55,359 nucleotides of DNA from an uncultured Lachnospiraceae bacterium (GCA_902767335.1 CACXHD010000126.1:1-55359), one strand, 5' to 3'. Positions 25,895-35,652 are shown, counted from the first letter of the stretch. A program made the numbers and translations. The notes: a model not told the origin generated them from the letters alone.

Positions 25895-27235
25895 TTGAAC
25901 ACAGATTTGACAACAGGAAAACCGGACACCGTGCTGTGGCAGTTCTGCCTTCCTCTGTTTGGGAGTATTATTTTCCAGCAGCTCTACAATATTGCGGACA
26001 GCCTGGTTGCAGGGAAATTTGTCGGAGAAAATGCGCTTGCGGCGGTCGGCAACAGCTATGAAATCACACTGATCTTTATTGCCTTTGCCTTTGGGTGCAA
26101 TATCGGCTGTTCCGTGATCGTTTCGACGTATTACGGAGCCCGTCGGTATAAGGACGTCAAAACAGCCGTCTCGACGGCTATGATCGCGAGCGGCGTTCTG
26201 TGCGCTGCTCTGATGCTGCCCGGCCTTGTCCTCTGCGGAAGGCTGCTGCGGCTGATCCGGACGCCGGAGGCTGTATTCGCGGATTCCCGGCTCTACCTGA
26301 GGATCTACATTCTGGGCCTGCCGTTTGTGTTTTTCTACAATATTGCAACAGGGATTTTCTCCGCCCTCGGAGATTCAAGAACGCCGTTTCTCTTCCTCGC
26401 CGCTTCGTCCAGCGCCAATATTCTGATGGATATCTGGTTTGTTGCGGGATTTGGCATGGGCGTGGCCGGCGTTGCCTGGGCAACCTTCCTCTGTCAGGGA
26501 GTGAGCTGTATTCTGGCGGTGTTTTTTGTGCTGCGGCGGCTTTTCAGCATTGAGCAGGGCGGATGGGGACCGCTGTTTTCCTGGAAAATCTGCGGACGGA
26601 TTGCGAAAGTGGCCGTACCGAGCATTCTGCAGCAGAGCTTCATTTCTGTGGGAAACATTCTGATACAGAGTGTCATCAACGGGTTCGGACCTGGCGTCAT
26701 GGCCGGATATTCTGCGGCCATAAAGCTGAATAACCTCGTTATAACCTCTTTTACAACCCTCGGGAACGGCATATCCAATTATACCGCCCAGAACATCGGC
26801 GCGGGAAAGTCGGAGCGCATTGCGGCAGGATTCAAAGCCGGGCTGAAGATGGTCTGGCTCATTTCCCTCCCGCTGGTCGTGCTGTACCTGGCCGCAGGAA
26901 AGTACCTGCTGCTGTTTTTCATGAAAGAGCCCTCCGCAGAGGCGATGCACGCAGGACTTCTGTTCCTGAGAATTGTTTCTCCGTTCTATTTTGTTGTCTC
27001 CGCCAAGCTGGTTGCGGACGGGATCTTACGGGGCGCCAGTATGATGAACCGGTTTATGGCGGCAACCTTCACCGACCTGATCCTTCGCGTGGTCCTTGCC
27101 TTTCTTTTGTCGAAGACCTCCCTTGGAGCGACCGGGATCTGGTGTGCCTGGCCGATCGGATGGACGGTCGCGACAGGGATGTCGCTGCTGTTTTATCGAA
27201 GGGAATCCTGGGGCAAAAGTGCGAATGCCGCATAG
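25895..27235 (+). CDS. MATE family efflux transporter
   Basis: 446 aa with 12 predicted TM helices. The N-terminal motif is PLFGSIIFQQLYNIADSLVAGKFVGENALAAVG. TTG start; ends with TAG. Confidence 0.85.
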   Translation: MNTDLTTGKPDTVLWQFCLPLFGSIIFQQLYNIADSLVAGKFVGENALAAVGNSYEITLIFIAFAFGCNIGCSVIVSTYYGARRYKDVKTAVSTAMIASGVLCAALMLPGLVLCGRLLRLIRTPEAVFADSRLYLRIYILGLPFVFFYNIATGIFSALGDSRTPFLFLAASSSANILMDIWFVAGFGMGVAGVAWATFLCQGVSCILAVFFVLRRLFSIEQGGWGPLFSWKICGRIAKVAVPSILQQSFISVGNILIQSVINGFGPGVMAGYSAAIKLNNLVITSFTTLGNGISNYTAQNIGAGKSERIAAGFKAGLKMVWLISLPLVVLYLAAGKYLLLFFMKEPSAEAMHAGLLFLRIVSPFYFVVSAKLVADGILRGASMMNRFMAATFTDLILRVVLAFLLSKTSLGATGIWCAWPIGWTVATGMSLLFYRRESWGKSANAA

Positions 27236-27274
27236 ATATTTTGAAGCGGGAATGGTATACTTTTTATGACGGAG

Positions 27275-27302
27275 GAAACATGGATAAAATCCATGTTTCT
27301 TT
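27275..27302 (+). terminator. intrinsic terminator-like hairpin after the MATE gene
   Basis: GAAACATGGAT-aaa-ATCCATGTTTC, an 11-bp stem followed by TTT. Confidence 0.55.
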
Positions 27303-27343
27303 GGACTATATGGCACCTGTGAGATGTTCAAAGGGAGGATATT

Positions 27344-28009
27344 ATGGTAAAAGTAAAATATCTGGGGCATGCCTGTTTTCAGTTTGATGACGGAAGTTAT
27401 AAGGTACTGGTGGACCCGTTCCTTTCGGGGAACCCGCTTGCAGCCGCGAGCGCGGAGGAAGTGGAAGCGGATTATATTTTCGTGACGCACGGGCACGGAG
27501 ATCACATCGGCGATGCACTGGCGATCGCGAAGAGGACGAAAGCCGTGATCTGCACGACTGTGGATCTGGCGGATGCCATGATGCAGGATCCGGATCTGGA
27601 GGTTGTGACGGGGAATATCGGCGGGACGATTGCATTCCCCTTCGGAAGCGCGAAATTCTTCCAGGCCATCCATGGGAGCGGCGCTGCCGGAACCGTGTCC
27701 TGCGGGTTTGTCTTCGAGATCGGCGGGAAAAAGATCTATCATGCGGGCGATACGGCGCTGATGATGGATATGCAGCTGCTGGAGGAGGAGAAGCTTGACG
27801 CGGCGCTGCTGCCGATCGGCGATTTCTATACGATGGGACCGAAGGATGCCATCAGGGCAGCGCAGTTTATAAAAGCCGGAACCGTGATTCCGATGCATTA
27901 CAGTACGTTTCCGTATATCACGCAGGATCCGCAGCAGTTTGTCGATGCTCTGAAGGAAAAAGGGCTCGGCGGTATGGTGCTGCAGCCGGGTGAGACGGCG
28001 GAAATCTGA
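27344..28009 (+). CDS. UPF0173-type metal-dependent hydrolase (metallo-beta-lactamase fold)
   Basis: Motifs KYLGHACFQF, VDPFLSGNP, THGHGDHIGDA, YHAGDT and LLPIGD. Confidence 0.85.
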   Translation: MVKVKYLGHACFQFDDGSYKVLVDPFLSGNPLAAASAEEVEADYIFVTHGHGDHIGDALAIAKRTKAVICTTVDLADAMMQDPDLEVVTGNIGGTIAFPFGSAKFFQAIHGSGAAGTVSCGFVFEIGGKKIYHAGDTALMMDMQLLEEEKLDAALLPIGDFYTMGPKDAIRAAQFIKAGTVIPMHYSTFPYITQDPQQFVDALKEKGLGGMVLQPGETAEI

Positions 28010-28318
28010 TTTCGATGAAGCGACAGGCCAGGGAAGCGCTGATTAATTCCTGATTCTGCTCTATCTCCTGCGGATAAGCAAATCTCTAATCTAATCTTTG
28101 AGCGCGCGATGCGCCTAAAGCCGCGAGCGGTGCGGGTTACAAGGAAAGCATTTATCTGCGCCGCACTGCGATCTGCCGGAAACTTTAAGGAAACATGGAT
28201 TAAATCTGTGTTTCCTTAGAAGCGACCTGTCCTCTGTGACGGATATGTGACAGGACAAATGATAGAGTAAGAGAAAACAGATCCATTGAAAACAGCGGCA
28301 GAGAAAAGGAGGGTATCC

Positions 28319-30262
28319 ATGAAAAGAAGATCTTTCTTATCAATCGTGATTTTTGCATTACTCGTCACGGCAATGTTCTCACTGAGCGCAAAGGCCAGTG
28401 ACTTTATCGGCGAGATGTATGCGAACGCAGATTATGTCTATGTTTACGAGGCAAAAGATACCAATTCAGATGTGATCCGATATCTGTCCGGCGGCCAGTC
28501 GATTCTGGTTGACTCAATCACCGAGAATCAGAAATGGGCCCACGTTCTGATGGAGGCATCGGACGGAGAGGGTCAGGAGGACGGCTGGGTCCGGATGAGC
28601 GACCTGGTTTTCACCATGCCGTCCCAGTATTGTTATCATCAGTGGACGGACTGGCAGACGATTAAGGAGGCAACCTGCACGCAGCCGGGCCTGCTTTCCA
28701 CCTACTGTACCATCTGCGGACTCGGCGAGACGTATGAGACGCAGCCCCTCGGACACAGCTTCGGAAACTGGGAGACGGTGAAACCGGCGACCTGTACGTC
28801 GGAAGGAGAACGTATCTCCAGATGCGTCCGCTGCGGATACGATGAACATCAGAAAACCGAAAAACTGGCCCATGAATACGGCGACTGGACGGTCATCCGG
28901 CAGGCGACCTGTACGGCGGAGGGCGAGCGCTCCCACAAATGCAAAGTCTGCGGAGCGGAGGAAAAACAGACAGTGGACCGCCTTCCGCACAATTTCGGAA
29001 AATGGACGGTTCTGAAGGAGGCAACCTGCACCGCGGAGGGGGAACAGTCCCATAAGTGCCAGAACTGCGGCTTTGAAGAAAAAGCCACAATCGAAAAGAT
29101 CCCCCATGACTTCGAATGGAAAGTCATCACCGAGGCGACGGATCATTCCGCCGGTGTGCGCACAAATGTCTGCAAAGTCTGCGGATTTACGGAGGAAGCC
29201 GTGGAATTCGATCCGGAAGGGACGCTCCGCCGCGGCGACCGCAGCGAGGAAGTGCGCGAGGTCCAGCAGCTCCTGGCGGATCAGAATTATCTGAGCGCGG
29301 ACGGCGCGGACGGGATCTTCGGCGGCGGCACGGAAAAAGCTCTCATGGAATTCCAGAATGACCAGGGCCTGGCGCCGGACGGTGTGGCCTGGCCGCAGAC
29401 AATCCGGAGACTGCATCATGACTTCGGAGAGTGGAAGGTGATCAAAAAGGCGACCCGCTCCAGCGCGGGCGAACGCGTCAGAACCTGCAAGGAATGCAGC
29501 TATGAGCAGCATGAGACGATTCCGATGAGCCCGTACTTTGAGAAGGGCAGACGCGGAGAAGACGTGCGCGCTGTCCAGCAGATGATGACCATGCTCGGTT
29601 ACCAGACCGGCTCCTGCGACGGTATCTACGGACCGCTCCTTGATACTGCGTTTGAGGCGTTTGCAGAGGCCAGGAAGACCGAATTTGAGCCGGGAAGCAT
29701 AACCCCTGCGGAGCTGGATTCCATGATCAATGAAGTCATCCGCCAGGTTCCGGAAGACAAATGGATGAAGGACCAGGGACTGGGAACGCCGGTCAATATG
29801 GCGCTGACCGTGAATCCGCTGGTTGGCGAATCCCCGGATAATACGGATGATGTCGTCGAGTGCAGCTGGACGCTGACCAATCTGGGCGATACGGACTGTG
29901 TGTTCACGGCGCTCCTGCTGAATTTCGGGGAGGATCAGGATTTCCGCGAAGACAACCTGGTGGTTGTGCTCGACGGGATCGATCTGAAAGCAAACTGCGA
30001 GAACAGCGCTTCCGGAACCTTCAAGGTCAGCAGGGACTGGGGAAAAGGAGTGATGAACTTCTGCGCCCTGGCGGTGGATACCGAGGCCGGCTATGTATGG
30101 CTCAGCAACGAAGACCAGATCGAAAACGGGGAAGAAGAACCGGAGGAATCGGTTGTCCTCGAAGACATGACCGAAGACCCGGCGGAAAACGTTCTGTATG
30201 AGGACATGACCGAAAATCCGGAGGAGCAGGTGCTGTCCGAAGACACGACCGAGAAAGACTGA
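28319..30262 (+). CDS. secreted wall-binding protein: SH3b-like domain, six Cys/His repeat modules, two PG_binding_1 domains, acidic tail
   Basis: ATG 28319 follows AAAGGAGGG, and there is a signal peptide (FALLVTAMFSLSAKA). The repeated module is W-x-V-x-x-A-T-C-T-x-x-G-E-x-x-x-x-C-x-x-C-G...H. The PG-binding motifs are GDRSEEVREVQQLLADQNYL and GEDVRAVQQMMTMLGY. Confidence 0.6.
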   Translation: MKRRSFLSIVIFALLVTAMFSLSAKASDFIGEMYANADYVYVYEAKDTNSDVIRYLSGGQSILVDSITENQKWAHVLMEASDGEGQEDGWVRMSDLVFTMPSQYCYHQWTDWQTIKEATCTQPGLLSTYCTICGLGETYETQPLGHSFGNWETVKPATCTSEGERISRCVRCGYDEHQKTEKLAHEYGDWTVIRQATCTAEGERSHKCKVCGAEEKQTVDRLPHNFGKWTVLKEATCTAEGEQSHKCQNCGFEEKATIEKIPHDFEWKVITEATDHSAGVRTNVCKVCGFTEEAVEFDPEGTLRRGDRSEEVREVQQLLADQNYLSADGADGIFGGGTEKALMEFQNDQGLAPDGVAWPQTIRRLHHDFGEWKVIKKATRSSAGERVRTCKECSYEQHETIPMSPYFEKGRRGEDVRAVQQMMTMLGYQTGSCDGIYGPLLDTAFEAFAEARKTEFEPGSITPAELDSMINEVIRQVPEDKWMKDQGLGTPVNMALTVNPLVGESPDNTDDVVECSWTLTNLGDTDCVFTALLLNFGEDQDFREDNLVVVLDGIDLKANCENSASGTFKVSRDWGKGVMNFCALAVDTEAGYVWLSNEDQIENGEEEPEESVVLEDMTEDPAENVLYEDMTENPEEQVLSEDTTEKD

Positions 30263-30364
30263 AAAATGAAATAACATTACAGATACGATTCCGGGAGGCG
30301 TGATATCATTCGCGCTTCCCGGAGGAATGCGTATGATGAAGGCGAATGAAGGAGAAATCGTAAG

Positions 30365-31000
30365 ATGAAGAAAGTACAGGAAATACGTTTGGCGAGTGAC
30401 GGAAGTGATATAGACTGCGTGCTCGATGAAGCAGGGAAATTTGCGGAAAGCATGGAACTTTCCGCGCGGGATGCTTTGCGGATCCGTCTTCTGGCGGAGG
30501 AGACCATGTCGATGCTGCGTACACTGACAGGCGAGATGGACCTGACCCTTTCCTTTATCGGAGACGAGAATGAATGCATTCTTTCACTGGCAACAGAGAC
30601 GAGAATGGATGCTCTCAAAAAGGACAATATCCTGTCGGTTTCCACGACCGGTAAAAACTGTGCCGCGAAGGGGATTATGGGAAAAATCCGGGATGTGTTC
30701 GAGACTTCCTTCATGATGCCGACAGGAGCTTCCCTCCAAAGCTGCGGGACACCGGTGATTCTTCTGGGGCTGCCCGCCGATATTCCCGGAGGGCAGACGA
30801 TGGACGCCGTGTACTGGACGTTGGCGGATTACCGTAAAAATGTGGAGAATACACAGGAAACAGAAGAAGGCATGGAGCGTTGGGATGAACTGGAAAAATC
30901 CATTGTCTCAAATATTGCCGAGGATGTACAGGTCGGAGTCCGCGGCAATCATGTGCTGATGAATATTGTGTATAAACCGCTCAAAGGAGAAACGGAATGA
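30365..31000 (+). CDS. hypothetical protein
   Basis: 211-aa ORF with a 4-nt ATGA overlap onto the downstream phosphoesterase gene. I recognise no motif. Confidence 0.5.
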   Translation: MKKVQEIRLASDGSDIDCVLDEAGKFAESMELSARDALRIRLLAEETMSMLRTLTGEMDLTLSFIGDENECILSLATETRMDALKKDNILSVSTTGKNCAAKGIMGKIRDVFETSFMMPTGASLQSCGTPVILLGLPADIPGGQTMDAVYWTLADYRKNVENTQETEEGMERWDELEKSIVSNIAEDVQVGVRGNHVLMNIVYKPLKGETE

Positions 31001-32202
31001 ACCCATGGATATCTGTAGGCTTTTACGTACTTGTAAAGATTTTGACCTTGCTTCTCTGCCTATGGATTATACGGAGGAACGGTGTTCTGGCAGGGCATGA
31101 TGCTCTGCGGCGCGGTGTCCTTGCTGCGGGACTGTGTGTCTATATCTTTTTTACCGTCCTCCCTGTCGGGGGGACACTTCTGAAAAATGGAAGTTTAAAA
31201 ATCTGGTGTCAGGGCGCCGGAAATATCTGGCTTGGATTTCTGCTGTACTTTTATGGAATCCTGATTGCCGGAGCGCTTGTATGGCTGATTTTTGTCCTTC
31301 TATCCCGGCTGTTTCGGCGCCCCCGCAGATTTCTGGACGGTCTGGCACCGCTCCTGAGCCTCAGTGTGTGCGGCAGCCTGGTGCTGCTTGTATATGGGAC
31401 ACAGCATGCCCAAAAGACCATTGTGACCACGTACGATGTGACCATCGACAAGCCGGCGGAGGATCTGGAGGACCTGAAGGTGATCCTGATCGCAGATCTG
31501 CATCTGAGCGTGAATTCGCATCTGCAGATGATCCGGAATATGGTGGATGAGATTAACCGGCAGAATGCGGATCTGGTTGTGGTGGCGGGGGATATTTTCA
31601 CCAGCTCTTACGGGGGACTGAAACATCCGGAGCAGTATGCGGCGGTGCTTTCTGAAATTGAATCCAGGTATGGGACCTATGCCGTATATGGGAATCATGA
31701 CGTGGAGGAGGAACTGTTCGGAGGTTTTCCGATTTCTCCGATTTCAGAGGCGTTCCGCTCCAGACAGATGGAACAGTTTTTTGAGGACTGCCATTTCCGG
31801 ATCCTGTACGACGAGACCGTCCCCATCGCAGACGGCGCGGTTCTTCTGACCGGCCGTGTGGACGGAGAGAAGGCGGGGGACGGTACTGCCGTAAGAAAAA
31901 GCCCTGCAGAGGTTCTGGCAGGGCTGGATACGAAAAAACCGGTGCTTGTTCTTCAGCATGAACCGGTTGAATTTGCACAGTTGTACGAAAACGGAGCGGA
32001 TCTGGCTCTCTGCGGGCATACCCATGCGGGTCAGGTCTTCCCGGGAAATCTGATCGTTCCCTTTTTCAACGAAAACGCGTATGGATACAAGGTTATTTCC
32101 GGGCTGCAGACGATCGTGACATCCGGGATCGGTTATTACGGACCGCCGATGCGTGTCGGGACAAACAGTGAAATCACGGTCGTGAACGTACATTTTTCTT
32201 AA
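30997..32202 (+). CDS. membrane-anchored metallophosphoesterase (calcineurin-like)
   Basis: N-terminal TM helices followed by motifs ADLHLS, GDIF, GNHD and GHTHAGQ. Confidence 0.8.
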   Translation: MNPWISVGFYVLVKILTLLLCLWIIRRNGVLAGHDALRRGVLAAGLCVYIFFTVLPVGGTLLKNGSLKIWCQGAGNIWLGFLLYFYGILIAGALVWLIFVLLSRLFRRPRRFLDGLAPLLSLSVCGSLVLLVYGTQHAQKTIVTTYDVTIDKPAEDLEDLKVILIADLHLSVNSHLQMIRNMVDEINRQNADLVVVAGDIFTSSYGGLKHPEQYAAVLSEIESRYGTYAVYGNHDVEEELFGGFPISPISEAFRSRQMEQFFEDCHFRILYDETVPIADGAVLLTGRVDGEKAGDGTAVRKSPAEVLAGLDTKKPVLVLQHEPVEFAQLYENGADLALCGHTHAGQVFPGNLIVPFFNENAYGYKVISGLQTIVTSGIGYYGPPMRVGTNSEITVVNVHFS

Positions 32203-32335
32203 GGTCCGGCTTCGCCGGAGAAGACGGAAGCCGCGATGCACGCGGCTTTGAACGCATAAGGAGCTCAAAGATTTTATCGGGAAACGCTGAGATGAAGGTA
32301 TCAAAATGCGAAAAGTGGAATTACTCAGCGTTTCC

Positions 32336-33793
32336 TTAAAACCCGAGCAGGATCGAGAGTACCGTAATGAAGGCAAGCAGGAGGACGAGCAGGATCAGCT
32401 CCTGCTTCCAACGATTCTGGAGAAGCCCGACGCATTCGCGGACAAAGGCATTCGGCCAGAACCACCATTTTGTACGGGCTCCGATCCCTTCGGCCGCAAG
32501 GCCGGCGTTGGATGCCCAGACACCGCTGCGGAAGACGTGATAGTTGGTCGTAGAGTAGATCACCTTCGCGTCTTTTTTTCGTTCCTCGATCAGCTTTTTT
32601 GAAAAAGCCATGTTCTGATATGTGTTCCGGGACTGATCCTACTTCAGGATTCTGTCTTCGGGAATTCCCTGCTCGAGGAGATACCGCTTCATGGCATCCG
32701 CCTCCGGCATCACTTCATCCGGACCCTGCCCGCCGGACGGGACGAAGATCAGATCCAGTCCGGTTTTCTCTTTCTGCTCGGCGGCGAAACGGATGGCGCG
32801 GTCCACCCTCCCTTTCAGCAGCGGCGGCAGGGAGCCATCCTTCCGGAAGCCGCACCCGAGGATGATACAGAAATCTTTGCCGGGAGCCGGCTGGTGCTTT
32901 GCGGCGATGATTCCGCAGATGACGGCGCCGATCAGCATACACTCGAAATAGACATAGCCGGTGGCGTAGATTGAATGAAGCGTGTCGATCAGAAGGATCT
33001 CTTTCCAGGAGCTGGAATAGTTTCTGGTATACATGATCCATCCGATGAGATCTCCCACGACAAGAAAGATGCTGACAAGGATTCCAAGCAGATTCTGGAT
33101 TCTTTTTCTTTCGTGGCGCAGAAGCTCGATATTACTGATAAACATAGCGGCTGAAAAAACAAGGATCAGCGGCGTCGTCACCAGCATGAAATGGAAACTC
33201 ATGGCGCGTATGGTACTGTAGACCGCAAACATGGGAAATTCCGAAGGATTATTTATATGGTCGATGGTGTTGATGAGCAGGACGATGCCGATATCGAGGG
33301 CAAACAGGGAAAAACCTGCACTGTAGATCGTCGCGTAGGAATAGAAATCCCGGGCGAGAGATCTGTGAAAACTGTGCAGCATGGATGCGGCCGCGATGAA
33401 AAAGAACGCAGTGCATAACACAAGAAACAGGCTGTCCCCCGTAAACCCGCCGGTGGTCAGGTTATAGACGGTACCCGTCGGACTGGTGTAGTATTCCGAA
33501 AACCAGCTCGGGTCTCCTTCCGGCGTGAGGACGGATGCGCCGACTTCACCTTCCCTTCCGGGGCGGATCCTTACCTCCATGAAATCGCCATGGCGCCCGA
33601 CTTCCTCCATCTCTATGATTCCCGGACGGTCAAATTTGATTTCCGGTTTCTGAGCGGGCTGCTCAAAACTGTCCATCGGAATAAAATCCGTGTATCGGTT
33701 GTGCGACAACCGGTAGACAAAGAACAGGAGAAGAAAGCCTGCTGCCAGGATTCCCATCTGTATTCCCATTCGTCTCATCCGTTTCTGACCCAT
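32336..33793 (-). pseudogene. DUF218/YdcF (ElyC-SanA) family membrane protein interrupted by one in-frame TAG
   Basis: Track ORFs 32639-33793 and 32336-32611 are in the same frame. They are separated only by TAG (32639-32641) plus 9 sense codons. The read-through text ILK*DQSRNTYQN has the stop where family members carry a conserved Glu before S-x-N-T. Confidence 0.75.
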
Positions 33794-33833
33794 TTTCTGC
33801 CTCCTGATATTCTGAATGCCAGCCCCTGCAGAC

Positions 33834-33862
33834 TTGACAGAACAGGCTGATGTCTTTACTAT
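33834..33862 (+). promoter_or_regulatory. promoter upstream of the GG-leader peptide gene
   Basis: TTGACA, 17-nt spacer, TACTAT. This implies a leader of about 170 nt. Confidence 0.45.
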
Positions 33863-34037
33863 ATATCATGTGGGTATAAAAAGTAATCTGTTTTTTATCG
33901 TCAACGACATAATAAAATGACGTAACGCCGGCAGTTCTGCGGCGATGTGTGACGGTTTTGTGACACAGCAGGTGATAAACTACAGATAACAAAAACAAAG
34001 GGGTGCCGTAAAACGGCGGAAAAAGGAGGAAACAAAT

Positions 34038-34340
34038 ATGGCAGACATCAATAAAATCAACCCGGAAGAACTCGACAATGTAACAGGCGGAGCAGCCGGA
34101 GCAGGCGTATGGAAAACCGTGTGCAATCTCGACGGCGGTTATCTGGCAATCCGTACCGCACCGTCAGCGAATTACGAGAATGAAATCAACCATATCGGTC
34201 TTAAGAACGGAGAGAAGGTACAGGTGACCGGAGCAACGGTTCAGGGTACCGGTTTTGGCGGCGGCATAGCGTATTATACCTGGGTATATGCACCGAAGTT
34301 CGGTGTGTCCGGATTTGTAAATGCGGCATATCTGGGATAA
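34038..34340 (+). CDS. small secreted protein: double-glycine (bacteriocin-type) leader fused to an SH3b-like domain
   Basis: The leader MADINKINPEELDNVTGG has I(-12), E(-8), L(-7), V(-4) and GG(-2,-1). The 82-aa core fits an SH3b pattern (GYLAIRTAPS..LKNGEKVQV..YTWVY..SGFVNAAYL). AAAGGAGG RBS. Confidence 0.7.
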   Translation: MADINKINPEELDNVTGGAAGAGVWKTVCNLDGGYLAIRTAPSANYENEINHIGLKNGEKVQVTGATVQGTGFGGGIAYYTWVYAPKFGVSGFVNAAYLG

Positions 34341-34643
34341 ATTCGCCGGGCATCGCGAAAAACTTAAAAAGAGAATACATGCGTTTTTATCAGACAAGAG
34401 CTTCGGAGATCCTCCGGGGCTTCTTGTGTTTATGACGACAGAATTGCGAACATGTATCGTCTGCAGAATCTCGCCGCTGCAGTTCTCTGCGCGGCAGGGG
34501 GATGGTTCCTTTTTGATTTGCGTTGATGGCAGGGAATAGCAGCGGAAGGGAAGAATACCAGGAATATAACAATTGCGCGGAACGGGTACTGCATGGTATA
34601 ATCAAAACTTACATCTGGAAAGAATACAGAAATGAGGTATGTG

Positions 34644-35579
34644 ATGGAATATTGGATTAATATTGTCCTGCTGTTTTTTGCATACGGATTTTTGGGATGG
34701 TGCATGGAAGTCATCCTGAAGTACCGGCAGTATCACCGCTTTATTAACCGCGGCTTTCTGACCGGCCCGATCTGTCCGATTTATGGGTGCGGAGCAGTTC
34801 TGATTACAGTGGTGATCGGGAATCTTTCCGATGTTGAATCGGGACTGGTCATGACCTTCGCTTTATCTTTTGTGATCTGTGCGGTCGTGGAATACTTCAC
34901 CGGCCTGATTCTGGAAAAGATTTTTCATGCGCGCTGGTGGGATTACAGCACCAAACCGATGAATCTGCACGGACGGATCTGGATCGGCAACCTGGTCCTG
35001 TTCGGCATCGGCGGAGTGGCGATCATGCATATCATAAATCCGGTTATTTATAAGGTCCTCGACCGCATTCCCGTTGGCACGAAGGAGATCATCATGACGG
35101 TTCTGCTGGTGGTCATTGCCGCGGACTTTGTGATTTCCTACTTTGTGCTGAAGCTGGTGAAGGTCGGCGTAGACAGCAGTGAAGCGGATAATACCGAAGA
35201 AATCAATAAAGAGGTCCGTCAGCTTCTGACGAACCGGTCGTATTTCTATTCACGTTTTGCCGATGCCTATCCGGAAGTGGTTTACCGGACCGAGCGTGTA
35301 CAGGCCAGGATTGCTGCGGTTAAGGCGGAGACGGAGCGCCTGCGTCAGGAAGCGGAGAAACGGCTCGAAATGGGAGCAGAAAAAGTCGCTGCCGGCCTTG
35401 AACCTGTGTACATGATTCGCGGAGAACTGATCGGAAAACAGGATGAACTGATTGCGATGCTCTATAATGAGCAGACCGCCAGCTCGGAGATGAAAGCGCT
35501 CAAGGCGGACATCGACAGACAGAAAGAACGTCTGGAAAAACATATTCTGGTCAAACGGCCCTACGGAAAACGCAGATGA
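34644..35579 (+). CDS. polytopic membrane protein (putative ABC-transporter type IV / PF06541-like) with C-terminal coiled coil
   Basis: The N-terminus FAYGFLGWCMEVILKY..NRGFLTGPICPIYG is typical of this family. The C-terminal ~110 aa are charged and helical. Confidence 0.65.
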   Translation: MEYWINIVLLFFAYGFLGWCMEVILKYRQYHRFINRGFLTGPICPIYGCGAVLITVVIGNLSDVESGLVMTFALSFVICAVVEYFTGLILEKIFHARWWDYSTKPMNLHGRIWIGNLVLFGIGGVAIMHIINPVIYKVLDRIPVGTKEIIMTVLLVVIAADFVISYFVLKLVKVGVDSSEADNTEEINKEVRQLLTNRSYFYSRFADAYPEVVYRTERVQARIAAVKAETERLRQEAEKRLEMGAEKVAAGLEPVYMIRGELIGKQDELIAMLYNEQTASSEMKALKADIDRQKERLEKHILVKRPYGKRR

Positions 35580-35588
35580 GCCGGTTAC

Positions 35589-35641
35589 AAAGACCGCCGC
35601 AGTTCTAAGAATAAGAACCTGCGGCGGTCTTTTATTATTTT
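35589..35641. terminator. bidirectional intrinsic terminator between convergent genes
   Basis: AAAGACCGCCGCAG..CTGCGGCGGTCTTT, a GC-rich stem followed by TTATTATTTTT on the plus strand and a short T-rich run (TTTGT) on the minus strand. Confidence 0.75.
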
Positions 35642-35652
35642 TCTATGGTTCC

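Noticed and set aside
30365-31000. Anti-sigma-factor or histidine-kinase-like ATPase assignment for the 211-aa protein.
   Set aside because: I saw only a vague resemblance and could not locate N, G1 or G2 boxes. It is left as hypothetical.
32639-32641. TAG reassigned as a sense codon, given the two in-frame TAGs at 32639 and 43463.
   Set aside because: Four well-defined genes (Mrp paralog 3, the DUF3737-like gene, the cyclophilin and the MATE pump) end at natural C-termini with TAG. Simple nonsense mutations explain both in-frame cases.
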